Part shown: piece after piece, positions 8,558 to 18,054 of the stretch
Layout of the letters: each line of letters starts with the position of its first letter
Numbering within the stretch: position 1 is the first letter of the stretch
Source: an uncultured Alphaproteobacteria bacterium
GTDB taxonomy: Bacteria > Pseudomonadota > Alphaproteobacteria > Rhizobiales > Xanthobacteraceae
DNA: 64,000 nt
Assembly: GCA_963719745.1 (NCBI GenBank)
Contig: CAVRDC010000019.1
Coordinates: 155,941-219,940 of the forward strand
Reading direction: 5' to 3'
Notes under the pieces: generated by a model
What the model was told of the DNA's origin: nothing
Databases searched by the model: none
The model's input: only the letters and a program-made list of their open reading frames with translations
Translations under genes and position numbers: made by a program

Positions 8558-9979
8558 CTACAGATCGGGATTCCTCACCGTCAGCACGCCGTCATTGGTT
8601 TCGAAACTGCCGAGCGCGGTCTGATATCTGGAATTGGGCTTGAAGCTGAATACAATTTTCCAGCCATTTTGAGCGAAAAGGTCGTGGAGCTCCGTGTGGA
8701 CATTCTCGCCATGGGTGCCGATGTGAATGCGGCGGACTTTTCGCCGCAGCAGGTCGATGAAGGGGGGAAGACCAAAATCTCGGACTGCTGGATGTCCGAT
8801 TTAAGAAGATCCACGGTCTCGAATGGACCCAACAGCTCATTCAATGTAATCGAGCTGACGAGCTTGATTTCGGCCGTGAACTCGTGACCGGGCACCAGGT
8901 CCTTCGTCAGCCCGGTAGTGTTGTGGACGAGCAAATTGCGCAGCGCCTCGGATGCCAAGCCGCTGGCGATGAAGTCCTCGGCATATTGTATTCGCGCCTG
9001 CTTCTCATTGGTGGAATATGCATTGTTTGAACCGACGCCAGGTCCGCCAACCGGAAATAATAGCGGCTCAATGGTATCGCTGATTGCCAAAGGCAGAATT
9101 GATTGCTGATCTGGATCGATTCCGTTATTAGCCATATGTTGCCTGATCCACTGCACGTTCGCAGGTACCGGCTCGACCGCGACGAGTTTGTACGGCATGG
9201 GATTCACCGCGGCAGTGCCCGGTAGGCGCCGACCGCCTGGGCACCGTAGTTGGCCCGGCCTGAACGTGATCATGACGTAGCGGTCGCTTGCCTCGCGGGC
9301 CGCAATCACCCAGTCCGCCGCCTCGAACCAGGCCTCCGCGTCAGCCGGCGTCTTGGCGTCGGCAAGGCGCGGAATGGCGGTTTCCCTCATAACCGCCGCC
9401 GACTACGGCGGGATTAAAGTTAGGATCGGCAAATAGCATGGGATGAAATTGAGATCGATCAACATCCCAAGGAAGTCGACGATGTATTGCGGAGGGACGT
9501 ACCCCTTCCAAGGCTGAATGCCTTTGAAAACGTCTCTATAGGCCTCCAGATCGATCGCTGCGGTTTGAATGTGCCGCTCAACTTGATGTTCGGAACTTTG
9601 CCCTGCCGGAGGATTGTAGCCCACGGCGGGGCCGCGGTTGGGCTGCCACGATATTCGCTTGCCGACCATCCGAAGCGGCGCGCTTCCCGTTGCGGCCGTC
9701 GGAAACATACTCGAGCGCGCTTACCACATCCGACAGCTTGCGATTGATCAACTGAGATTGGTTCTTGATGCTGTTGATAGTTCTCTCGATTTTTATGCTG
9801 AAAAGTTGCGACTGATTGTCAAGGCCGAGGATAATCTTCTCAAGTTTTTCATTAAGCAGCCGGGTCTGATTATCGATGCCAGCAATGACCTCGTCCAATT
9901 TGTTGTTCTGTTTTACCGAAAGATCTGCGTTTCTCGTCAGAGGTCGGAACACGCGTTGAGCGAAGTCCATCACGCTCAT
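8558..9979 (-). pseudogene. Coiled-coil / FkbM-type methyltransferase (module C of a paralog array), multiply frameshifted
   Basis: ORF 9578..9979 holds an 18-aa-periodic N-terminus. ORF 9403..9708 holds LEAYRDVFKGIQPWKGYVPPQYIVDFLGMLIDLNF. ORF 8581..9390 holds the FkbM-like core (PYKLVAVEPVPANVQWI..TVDLLKSDIQQSEILVFPP). The conserved tail FIDLLRRKVRRIHIGTHGENVHTELHDLFAQNGWKIVFSF..NDGVLTVRNPDL* is in the third frame, ending at 8558..8560. One shift sits at the G6 run 8762..8767. Confidence 0.7.
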
Positions 9980-10087
9980 ATGGCCACCGTGTAAGAGATT
10001 TTCGCCATGAAATTATAATCACGTTTGCGCCGTGGCGCTCCTAAATTATTAGCACACATACCGTCGTCCCCTGCCTTTTTCCGCCTG

Positions 10088-11988
10088 TTAGAGGCCGGGA
10101 TTTCTCACGGTCAAGACCCCGTCGTTCAGCTCAAAGCGGCCCAGTGCGCAATCATGCTGCGTGTTGGGCTCGAAGCTGAACACGATGTCCCATCCGTCGT
10201 CGGCGAACAGCTTGTGCAGAGAGCCGTGCACGTCCTTGCCGTGCGTGCCGATATGGACGCGCCGGACCTTCCTTCGCAGCGCGTCGATGAACGGCGGAAT
10301 GGCCACGATCTCGGATTGCTGAATATCGACTTCGAGGAAATCGACGCGGTCGAACGGACCGAGAAGATCCTCGATCGTGATGGCGCTGACGACTTTCACC
10401 TCCGTCATATAGGGCAATCCCGGATGTACCGGTTGCGTGAAGCCGGTCGTGTTGTCGACGAGGAGGCCCCGCAAGGCCGCATTCGGATCACCGTCGCGGA
10501 TGATGAGGTCGGCGTAGATGCGGCGCGAATTCGGGCGTGTTCGTAGCAACGCAATTGTTCGACCCGATGCCGGCGCCCCGACGGGAAACAGCACGGGCTC
10601 ATGGGAATCGCTGACCGCCATCGGCACCAGCCAATGGGCGCCCGGGTCGATGCCGTTATCGCGCATGTGCGTGGAGATCCAGGCGAAGTTCCCCGGCTCG
10701 GCCTCGACGGCAACGAGCGTGCAGGGCATCGGATTGACGAGCTGCAGCATGCGCTGGGCGCTGACGAGCTGCCCGCCGTAATGCGCGCCCAGGCTGATCA
10801 TCACGAAATGCCGGCGCGCCTCCCGCGCCGCAGCCATCCAGTTGACCGCTTCGAACCAGCCTTCGCCATTGCCGCCGCCACCGAGCTCCGGCAGCCTCGT
10901 CGCGACCTGACCCCCGCCTACCGAGGCACGGTCGAGGCCCGACATGGGCCGGAATTTTATGTCGATAAGCGTCCCCAAAAAATCCGCCAGATAGCCTTGC
11001 GGGACATGGCCGCGCCACGGCGTCAGTCCGTCGAAAGCTTTGCGATATTGGTCCAAATCGTTCATCGGAGCTCTTATTCCCGCTTTCACGTGCGGGCGGA
11101 AGCGGGCGAACGGCTTGGGCGTAAACACGCTCCAATAGCGCCGTTTTTGTTGTTCGGACAGCCCGACTAGCGCATTATCCGGAACGTCGATGGGAGGAAC
11201 GTATGAATTGTCGTAAGTCTTCTGCAGCACCAATTTTAGGCTGCCATCGGTGATGTCGAAATCGGGCAGTTTGGGATGGTGGTATGGGTTGGTCTCGCGG
11301 ATGGGACGCAAGATGCTATCTGGGAGATGGTATGGTTGCGGCGATTGTCGATAATCGGCCAACACGATTTTATAGCCGTTGCTCCGACTTAGCATGAAGA
11401 AGAAATTGAAATTGTAGCTGATAAAGTCCGTGGTTGACGTGGCCTTGGGTGGGCAGCTCATGCACCATCAAGCCGCCCCAGGCTGTCAACTCATGGATGA
11501 TCTTGAAGGCATTAAGCTGGTTGGCGACGTGCTCGGTGGTGCCGTAATTTGTCACCAATTGATATTTGCCGGCAGCACCGGGAGGTAAGCTGTCGAAGTT
11601 GAGATCGATGGGAATGCTGCCCGGGCTTCCATCGACGTCGATCGAGGCGTAATCGAAGCCAAGCCAAAGCCAAAAATTGCGCGAGGACGGCGCATGCGCG
11701 TCGAGATGCTCCAATTCGCCATGCGCGATATGGGTGTGCCTGGGCGTGGGGAGCGATAGAGGCACTTCGGTGCCGAACAATCAACCGACCTCCTCCAACT
11801 CTTCAGTTGCCTCGAGGAAATTGTTCGCCAATTGCTGGGCGCCGATCTCCATGATCGACGTGCCCCGCTCGAACGTACCCCTGACGACGCAAGAAAATTA
11901 GAAGGTTTATGAGGTCAAAACTGTAGGCCATTCCACTTCCCGACGAGAAAACATTCGATCTGCCAGCTAAGTTCTCGGACATGCTCAA
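10088..11988 (-). pseudogene. Two-domain protein: methyltransferase-like N-domain (EIGAQQ..TTEHV) plus FkbM-type C-domain (module A), with an in-frame stop and a frameshift
   Basis: ORF 10088..11461 holds the linker and FkbM-like domain (VAVEAEPGNFAWI..VDFLEVDIQQSEIVAIPPFIDALRRKVRRVHIGTHG..LTVRNPGL). ORF 11370..11780 holds the N-domain (GKYQLVTNYGTTEHVANQLNAFKIIHEL), joined by a frame change near 11440. TGA at 11781..11783 interrupts ..ATEELEEVG*LFGTEV... A further shift lies near 11850. Confidence 0.7.
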
Positions 11989-12820
11989 GTTGAATGCTTA
12001 GGAGGCTTACCATGCCAGAATCTCCACCCTCTCCGCTCGGAACTTGACGGCAATTTTAGCCGCTGATCGTGCGTTGTCCCCAATCGAGAGAAAGCGTCGG
12101 GCTCAAAGACAGTCCAATAACGCTTCCTAAGCGAGTTGATATCGGTTCGAGCGCCTGTTGGAACGTCAAGCGGCGGCACGAATGGTATGTCAAAGCATTT
12201 CTGCATCACAGCCAAAATCGCGGCATCGGCAACCACGAAGTCGCGCAACTATCCGGAGGAACCTCGTATGCGTCCAAGAATCGTAAAATATCCTGTGGTA
12301 GCTTCCGTGGCGGTAGTGCATAGGCGAAATCGGCAAAAATAAATTTGTATCCATTGCTTCGCCCAAGCATCCAGAAGAATTTGAAATCGTAGCTGATTAG
12401 CCCGTGGACGAAATTTCCTTGCGCAGGCAAGTGATGTATCATAATTCCCTGGTGAGCTGTCAGGTCATGGATCACTTTGAATGCATTAAGTTGATTGGCA
12501 ACGTGTTCCGTCGTTCCAAAATTTGTCACCAAGCCATATTTGCCTTTGGCGTCCGCCGGCACATCGTCGTAATTTAGATCGAGCGGAATGCTGCTCGCGC
12601 TGCCGTCAATATCGATCGCCGCATAATCGAGGCCGAGCCATTCCCAAAAAAGTCGCGCATACGGGGCCGTCGTCTCCAGAACGTTGTCCCTACTGTAATC
12701 GGCCTGCACGAGCAGCGGCAAATCAGGCTCGGGTAGAGTACCAAATAGACGCCCAAGATACTCTAGGCGATCTCTGGCGGAAAGAAAACTCGGCGCAAGC
12801 TGCTGCGCTCCGATCTCCAT
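11985..12820 (-). pseudogene. Module B: paralogous methyltransferase-like N-domain plus linker, frameshifted and lacking the FkbM domain
   Basis: ORF 12206..12820 (MEIGAQQLAPSF..GKYGLVTNFGTTEHVANQLNAFKVIHDL..FFWMLGRSNGYKFIFADF) continues in the ORF 11985..12248 frame (FVPPLDVPTGARTDINSLRKRYWTVFEPDAF), then stops. The open frame upstream of the ATG (WTWEIGSADLEIFIQLREAGL) has no start codon. Confidence 0.6.
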
Positions 12821-13008
12821 GACGGAAGCACGATCGGGTATCAGTCCGGCCTCACGCAGTTGTATGAAAATCTCTAAGTCTGCGCTCCCAATCTCCCACG
12901 TCCAAACTCCGAACTTTCCTCTGGCTGGAACAGAGTTGTTGACTTAGCCAACTTTAATCTCGTAGGGGAAAAGATCGAACCGATCAAGCAGAGTTCCTAG
13001 TGGCTTCG

Positions 13009-14357
13009 CTAAAGCTTATGTGCGATTGCCGACCTTGGGGTTCCTACCCGCAAGCCTCCATCGACCGTTTCGAATTTGCCAACCGAGCGGCAATCTAAAA
13101 CCCAGTGATCACAGACCGAATGCGGTGGGTCCGTCGATTTACGTACGGACCTCGGGGAAAAAATGCTTGTGTGGTTCAACTCGGCTGTCCTGCGAAGCGC
13201 GAGGCAATAACGTCCAAGATGCGTCGCAATTTCCACGGCGGCCGATAATCGTCGTCTTGCTGCTGCCCATTTGAACGCCCGACCTGATTTGCTCGCAGGA
13301 ATTCGTCCAAGCCGCTCCATACGCTGCAAGCTTGCCAGTTCGCGCTCCATGCGCTCCGTCCGTTCGGGCGTGAGCCATTCCAACTCTGACTGGGCGAAAT
13401 CGACCTCGATACCGTGCTTCATGCATTCGTGGCGAAGCACCGCCACGTAATAGGTAGTTTCTTCGGGCAAGCCAATGCCGGCGCGCAGGCCTCCCGGCCG
13501 CACGCGATCTTGAATTTGAAGTCGTAATAGACATGCTTGGCACCGGCTTCTGACGCTCGGCGAACGAAGTGCTCAGCCTCATGAATATTCTCGACACAGA
13601 AGATGAACTTCGCCCAGACTTTGTTGTTCGCGCCCGGCGGGATGGCTGCGCAATACTCAGCGACGACCTTCCAGACCTTTTCGTTGTAGTTCATCTTCTT
13701 GATAGCTTTATAGACCTCGACACTGGCAGCGTCGATTTCGAGTACCAACTCGACCTTGTCGCGCGCCAACGCTTCCATGATGGCATCGGAACGCTTGGTC
13801 GCATTGGTATAAATGATGCAACGCACCCCGTAGTCGGTCAGCAGACGAAGCAATGGTTCGAATTCCACCGAGAGGGTCGGCTCGCCGCCGCTGAATTGTA
13901 CCGTGGCATTAGGAGCCAGCAATTGTTGATCGATCAGGTCCTGGAACGCGGGAAGAATGCGCGGCGCTTTGGAGAGCGGCGCCGCCTGCTCGGGTTTCGT
14001 GACCGTGTAACAGTAATTGCAGCGAATATTACAACTGGAAAAATGAGCGATCGTGACTTCGTCGATGGCGTAAGCGCCGAAACGCTCAGGTTCCCATTCT
14101 GACTCTTCCAGAAGCGCGGGCAGCTGCGGCATTCCGGCACGATGTCGCCGCGCTTGTGTCGTTCGATAATCTTGGCCCGGCCTTCCAACAGAGAAGCCGC
14201 CGAAAGCCCGTCGTTGTAGGAAGCGATAGCGGGAGTTAGTCCGGTGGCGGGGTTTGCGCAACAGGCGATGCCCCTGCCAGGGGTAGAATGTGGCGCCCCG
14301 TTCGATGAAGCGGCAGCTCAGGTATCCCGTCGGCGCCGACGTGCTGACGATCGCCAA
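13009..14357 (-). pseudogene. Radical SAM enzyme, frameshifted at both ends
   Basis: CxxxCxxC cluster motif AHFSSCNIRCNYCYTV and GGEPTL in ORF 13419..14357. The C-terminal continuation (GLPEETTYYVAVLRHECMKHGIEVDF) is in the ORF 13009..13503 frame. An N-terminal segment (AKIIERHKRGDIVPECRSCP) is in the ORF 13934..14188 frame. Confidence 0.65.
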
Positions 14358-14495
14358 ATCTCCGGTGTCGGTACCGAGCTATCGCTTCTGCACGTTCCAT
14401 CCGGCCCTCCTGAGCTGCAATTAATACCGATCCTGCCCGGGTATCAAGCCCAATTACTATTCAGGCTCGTTGAGCGGAGGACCGTCGCGCCACGC

Positions 14496-15775
14496 GCTCT
14501 AGCAGTCTGCTGAAAAACCTCTCGCCATCGCGAGAGTGGCGTGATTTAGTTTTTTATCACGAATTGGTGGAGGCTGGGATGCGGGGCGCGTTTGTGGATC
14601 AGGGCGGGCTTGTTTTCGTACATCGTGCCCGAGGCGCGAGTGCCAGTGAACCACCCGCTGAAGGAAGATCCGGGAGCTGGTGCGCGATGTGCTGGGCGAG
14701 CTGAACCGTAGCCTTTCGAAGCTCTACGCGAGCGAAGGCCGTCCCGACATCGCTCCGGAGCAGTTACTGAGCGCTCTTGCTGCTGCAAGTGTTTTACGGC
14801 ATCCGGTCGGAACGCCAGTTGATGGAGCAGTTGGACTACAATCTGTTGTACCGCTGGTTCGTGGGGGCTCCCGCCCGGACGATCCGGTGAGCTGGTCTTA
14901 ACGATCTTCACGAATACGCGCGACTGGCTGCAGAACGGCGAGATATTTGCCGAGTTCATGACCAAGCTTCTGAACCATCCGGAGGTCAAGCCGCTGCTGT
15001 CGGACGATCATTTTTCGGTGGACGGTACGCTGATCTGAGGCGTGGGCTTCACAGAAGAGCTTCCGCCCCAAGGATGGCAGCGGCGACGAAGACGGCGGGG
15101 TCAACTTCCATGGCCAGCAACGCAAGAACGCTACGCATGCGAGCACAAGTGACCCCGACAGCCGACTTTACCGCAAGGCCCCCGGGCGGGAGGCGAAGCT
15201 CTGCGACATGGGCCACGCCACCATGGAGAACCGGCATGGGCTGGCGGTGGCCGGCATGGTCACGCTCGCCACCGGCACTCCCGAGCGTCGCGCTTCGGAG
15301 ATCATGCTCAAGGCCAAAGCCAAGGAGGCCAGCCGGCGCATCACGGTGGGCGAAGACAAGGCTTATGACACCGCCAATCATGTCGCCAATCTGCGCGCCA
15401 TCAACGTCTTACGGCATGTGACGCAGAACGACAACATCACCGCAACCGGCAAGCGCCGGCAGAGCGCCATCGACGGACGCACCACACGGCACGAAGGCTA
15501 CGCCATGTCGCAATCGTCCCGGGCGATGACCGAATGCATCTTCGGGCTGGGGCAAGCAGCACGGCACGATGCGCAAGACCAAACATCGTGGCATAGCCAG
15601 TGTCGCTACCGACTTCATTCTCAATCTGATCGCTTACAACCTGATCCGCATCCCCAAACTATTGGCGGCCTAAGTTGGCATCCGCTCCCAACACCCCCCG
15701 AGGCGCCAAAACTTCAATCAGGCAAAAAACAGGAAAATGCGCTACCTTCCAGGTTCTTCAGCAAACTGCTAGAGC
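14496..15775 (+). mobile_element. IS5-family (DUF772 + DDE type) insertion sequence, decayed
   Basis: Terminal inverted repeats read directly: GCTCTAGCAGTCTGCTGAAAAACCT (14496..14520) against the reverse complement of 15751..15775 (GCTCTAGCAGTTTGCTGAAGAACCT), 23/25 identical. They enclose a frameshifted transposase. Confidence 0.75.
14579..15673 (+). pseudogene. IS5-family transposase, several frameshifts
   Basis: MRGAFVDQGGLFSYIVPEARVPVNHPL.. then RDVLGELNRSLSKLYASEGRP.. then MGHATMENRHGLAVAGMVTLATGT..ITVGEDKAYDT..GRTTRHEGYAMSQS.. then ..NLIAYNLIRIPKLLAA*. These pieces are spread over all three plus frames. Confidence 0.75.
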
Positions 15776-16813
15776 AGATTCCGTCAATTTCACGCATAGC
15801 CCGCATGCCTAAAGTAGTTGCGGGCTTCGCGGGCGGTGAGATTACGCGCGAAGGTTCCGATTTGCGGCGCAGGCGTGGAATAGTTCGCTCCGCCGCGTTG
15901 CGCAGATACGCTTTGAGTTTGCTGAATGGCATCTCTATCGGATTCAGATCCGGTGAGTATGGTGGGAGATAGCGAAGTGTGGCGCCACGCACTTCAATCG
16001 CTTCGCGCACGCCCGCTGCCTTGTGTGCGGGGAGGTTGTCCATGACGACGGTGTCGTTTCGCTTCAGTGTTGGAGCCAAGCACTGCTCGACATAATCAAG
16101 GAACGTCTTTCCCTTCATAGCGCCGTCAACCACACATGGGGCTGTGATCCCGTTGCGGCGCAAAGCGCCCACGAAGGTGATCGTTTTCCAGTGGCCGTTC
16201 GGAACCCGACCGATCAAGCGCTTGCCCCGTGCGCAACGCCCGCTCAACCGAACCATTTTCGTATTGGCGGCGGTCTCGTCAATGAACACCAGGTGGGCGG
16301 CATCAAACATGCCCTGTTCTCGCATCCAGCGCCGGCGCGCCCGCGCCACGTCGGCACGTTCCTGCTCTGCCGCGCGCAGGCTTTTTTTTGAACGTGATGT
16401 CGTGGCGCTTGAAGAAGCGCCACACCGAAGTGCGGCTGCCCGCAATCTTGTTCTTGCGCATCGCGCAGACCATCTCATCCAGCGTCAAGTCCGGCTGATC
16501 CTCAATCAGCGCCAATAAAAAGTCCCCGTGCTCCTCCAGCGGAGACGTGCTCCCGCCCCGCGGCTTGGCCGCACAGCTTCCGGTCGCCCGATAGCAGGCG
16601 ACCCATTTGATCGCTGAACTCGGGCTGACCTCAAACTGCTCCGCCGCCTCGCGTCGCGACGACCCGCTCTCAACTCGTGCAATCACCCGACCCCGGATAT
16701 CAGCAGAGTAGGCTCCCGGCATTGTTCCGTCTCCCCAGGGCAAATCAATGTCGGACTCTCCCATCCAAAAGCACTTGGGAATCCCGCCGATTCGCTTGGA
16801 TCGAAACATGCTC
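15772..16813 (-). mobile_element. IS630-family insertion sequence inserted at or inside the right end of the IS5 copy
   Basis: Ends GAGCAGATTCCG.. (15772) and ..CGAAACATGCTC (16813) form imperfect inverted repeats (GAGCAnnTTnCG). They are flanked by TA on both sides (15770..15771 and 16814..16815), consistent with the TA duplication typical of IS630. The exact boundary is ambiguous because GAGC also completes the IS5 inverted repeat. Confidence 0.55.
15790..16722 (-). pseudogene. IS630-family transposase (two frames bridged at an A8 run, plus a late frameshift)
   Basis: The HTH part MPGAYSADIRGRVIARVESG..DITFKKK is in ORF 16303..16809. The DDE part [41 protein letters not shown] is in ORF 15714..16478, and the two meet at A8 (16382..16389). 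The conserved end [23 protein letters not shown] is in a third frame, entered at the T3/A3 run 15861..15863, with its stop at 15790..15792. Confidence 0.7.
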
Positions 16814-16842
16814 TAGATCTCCTGTCGCGGCCGAAAACGCCG

Positions 16843-17938
16843 TTAGGTCGCGGCACCATTGGCTGCTGCCGGACCGATGAGGTCGTGGACTGGTTCACCG
16901 GCAAGCATCAGCGGACTGGCGCGCCGATCAGGGCCTTCGTAGAGCGGAGGCCCTGGAACAGTAACCCAATATCGACGCGGCGGTTGTAGCTTGAGCGATC
17001 TAGGCGTCCGGAGCGGAACGTTCAAATGGATGGCCGCGCTTGTCTCTCCGGCTGGAATTGTAACGCTTCCGTTGGCACCGAGTTCCTCGATATCGCCTTC
17101 CCCTAAATGCAGGTTCCAGGGATAAATGCGCAGATAGATCTGGTAATGGAGCCGTCGCCCTGGCTGGGTTCCGCCAGTTCCAGACGAAATCCGCGCACCC
17201 CGTCGGCCTGACGATCTCCGGAGAAAAACTCAACCGGGCGGCCGCCGACCGAAATGCTCGAGGGCGCGACATAAATGCGATCAAGTGAGTCGAGGCGCAT
17301 CCGGTCTTCCCTCGATCCGAACGAGGGATGGGCGCGAAAGTCGACCGGCTGCCAGGCGGCGTTATCGGTTTCGAACGACCTGCACGCGCTGATAACGCCC
17401 GGCAAGTCGTAGTTGTCCATGATGATGATGCCTTCACCCCGAATACAGCGCGCCGCGGCGAGGAGATCGAACAGCGCGTACTCGTACTCATCGTTGCCAT
17501 CGACAAAAACGAGATCAGGGCGTTGCTGCCTGATGTTGAGATCGCTGGATGGCGTTCCATTGAGTTAATGGGGCGGTAGTCCACAAAACGGCGCAGGTCA
17601 CCCCGGCCAGGCATAGAGAAGTCGCAGGCACGCGATCGCCGCCGTATGGATCGACCGTCGTCAGCATGCCAAGTCCGTTGGCCATCAGCGCCGAGGCGAA
17701 CAGCTCGGACGTTCCCGCGTACATCGTCCCGATCTCAACGACCAACTGCGGCCGCAGCACGCAAATCAGCATGTAGCATAGTGCGCGAAACGCCGGGAAG
17801 GTCATGGACCTCGGCGGATAATCGCCGACGTGCTTGAGCACCTCCCGAAATTCCAGCATGCCGGGAATACTGGCGATCAGGTCTGCGACCTTGATGTCCT
17901 TTGGCAGCGCGGGAATTGGCAGATCTTGTAAGCGACAT
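16843..17938 (-). pseudogene. Class I methyltransferase (O-methyltransferase family-3-like), decayed paralog of 59835..60854
   Basis: PQLVVEIGTMYAGTSELFASAL..TTVDPYGGDRVP (ORF 17515..17859), then DLVFVDGNDEYEYALFDLLAAARCIRGEGIIIMDNYDLPGV (read across frames), then ISACRSFETDNAAWQPVDF (ORF 17103..17420), with tail pieces in further frames. It is collinear with the intact 339-aa protein at 59835..60854. Confidence 0.65.
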
Positions 17939-18054
17939 GGCTGATGTTCTGTTCCAACGAACTAAGTTCGCCAGGCAAACACGGTGACAGTGTTGCGCGC
18001 TGAGCTTAGGGACACGACAGAGTGACTAAGCTTCCAAAACCTGCTTCGCCCCGC

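Noticed and set aside
12309-12316. GGCGGTAG, the core of the ops/JUMPStart RfaH-recruitment element
   Set aside because: This is a single 8-mer inside a minus-strand coding region, on the wrong strand for any operon leader. About two such hits are expected by chance in 2 x 64 kb, and the RfaH/ops system is not established for this lineage.
15208-15972. 254-aa ORF beginning in the IS5 transposase and extending past the IS5 end
   Set aside because: Family-like text stops being in frame near 15520. The remainder reads across the IS5 terminus into the antisense strand of the IS630 element.
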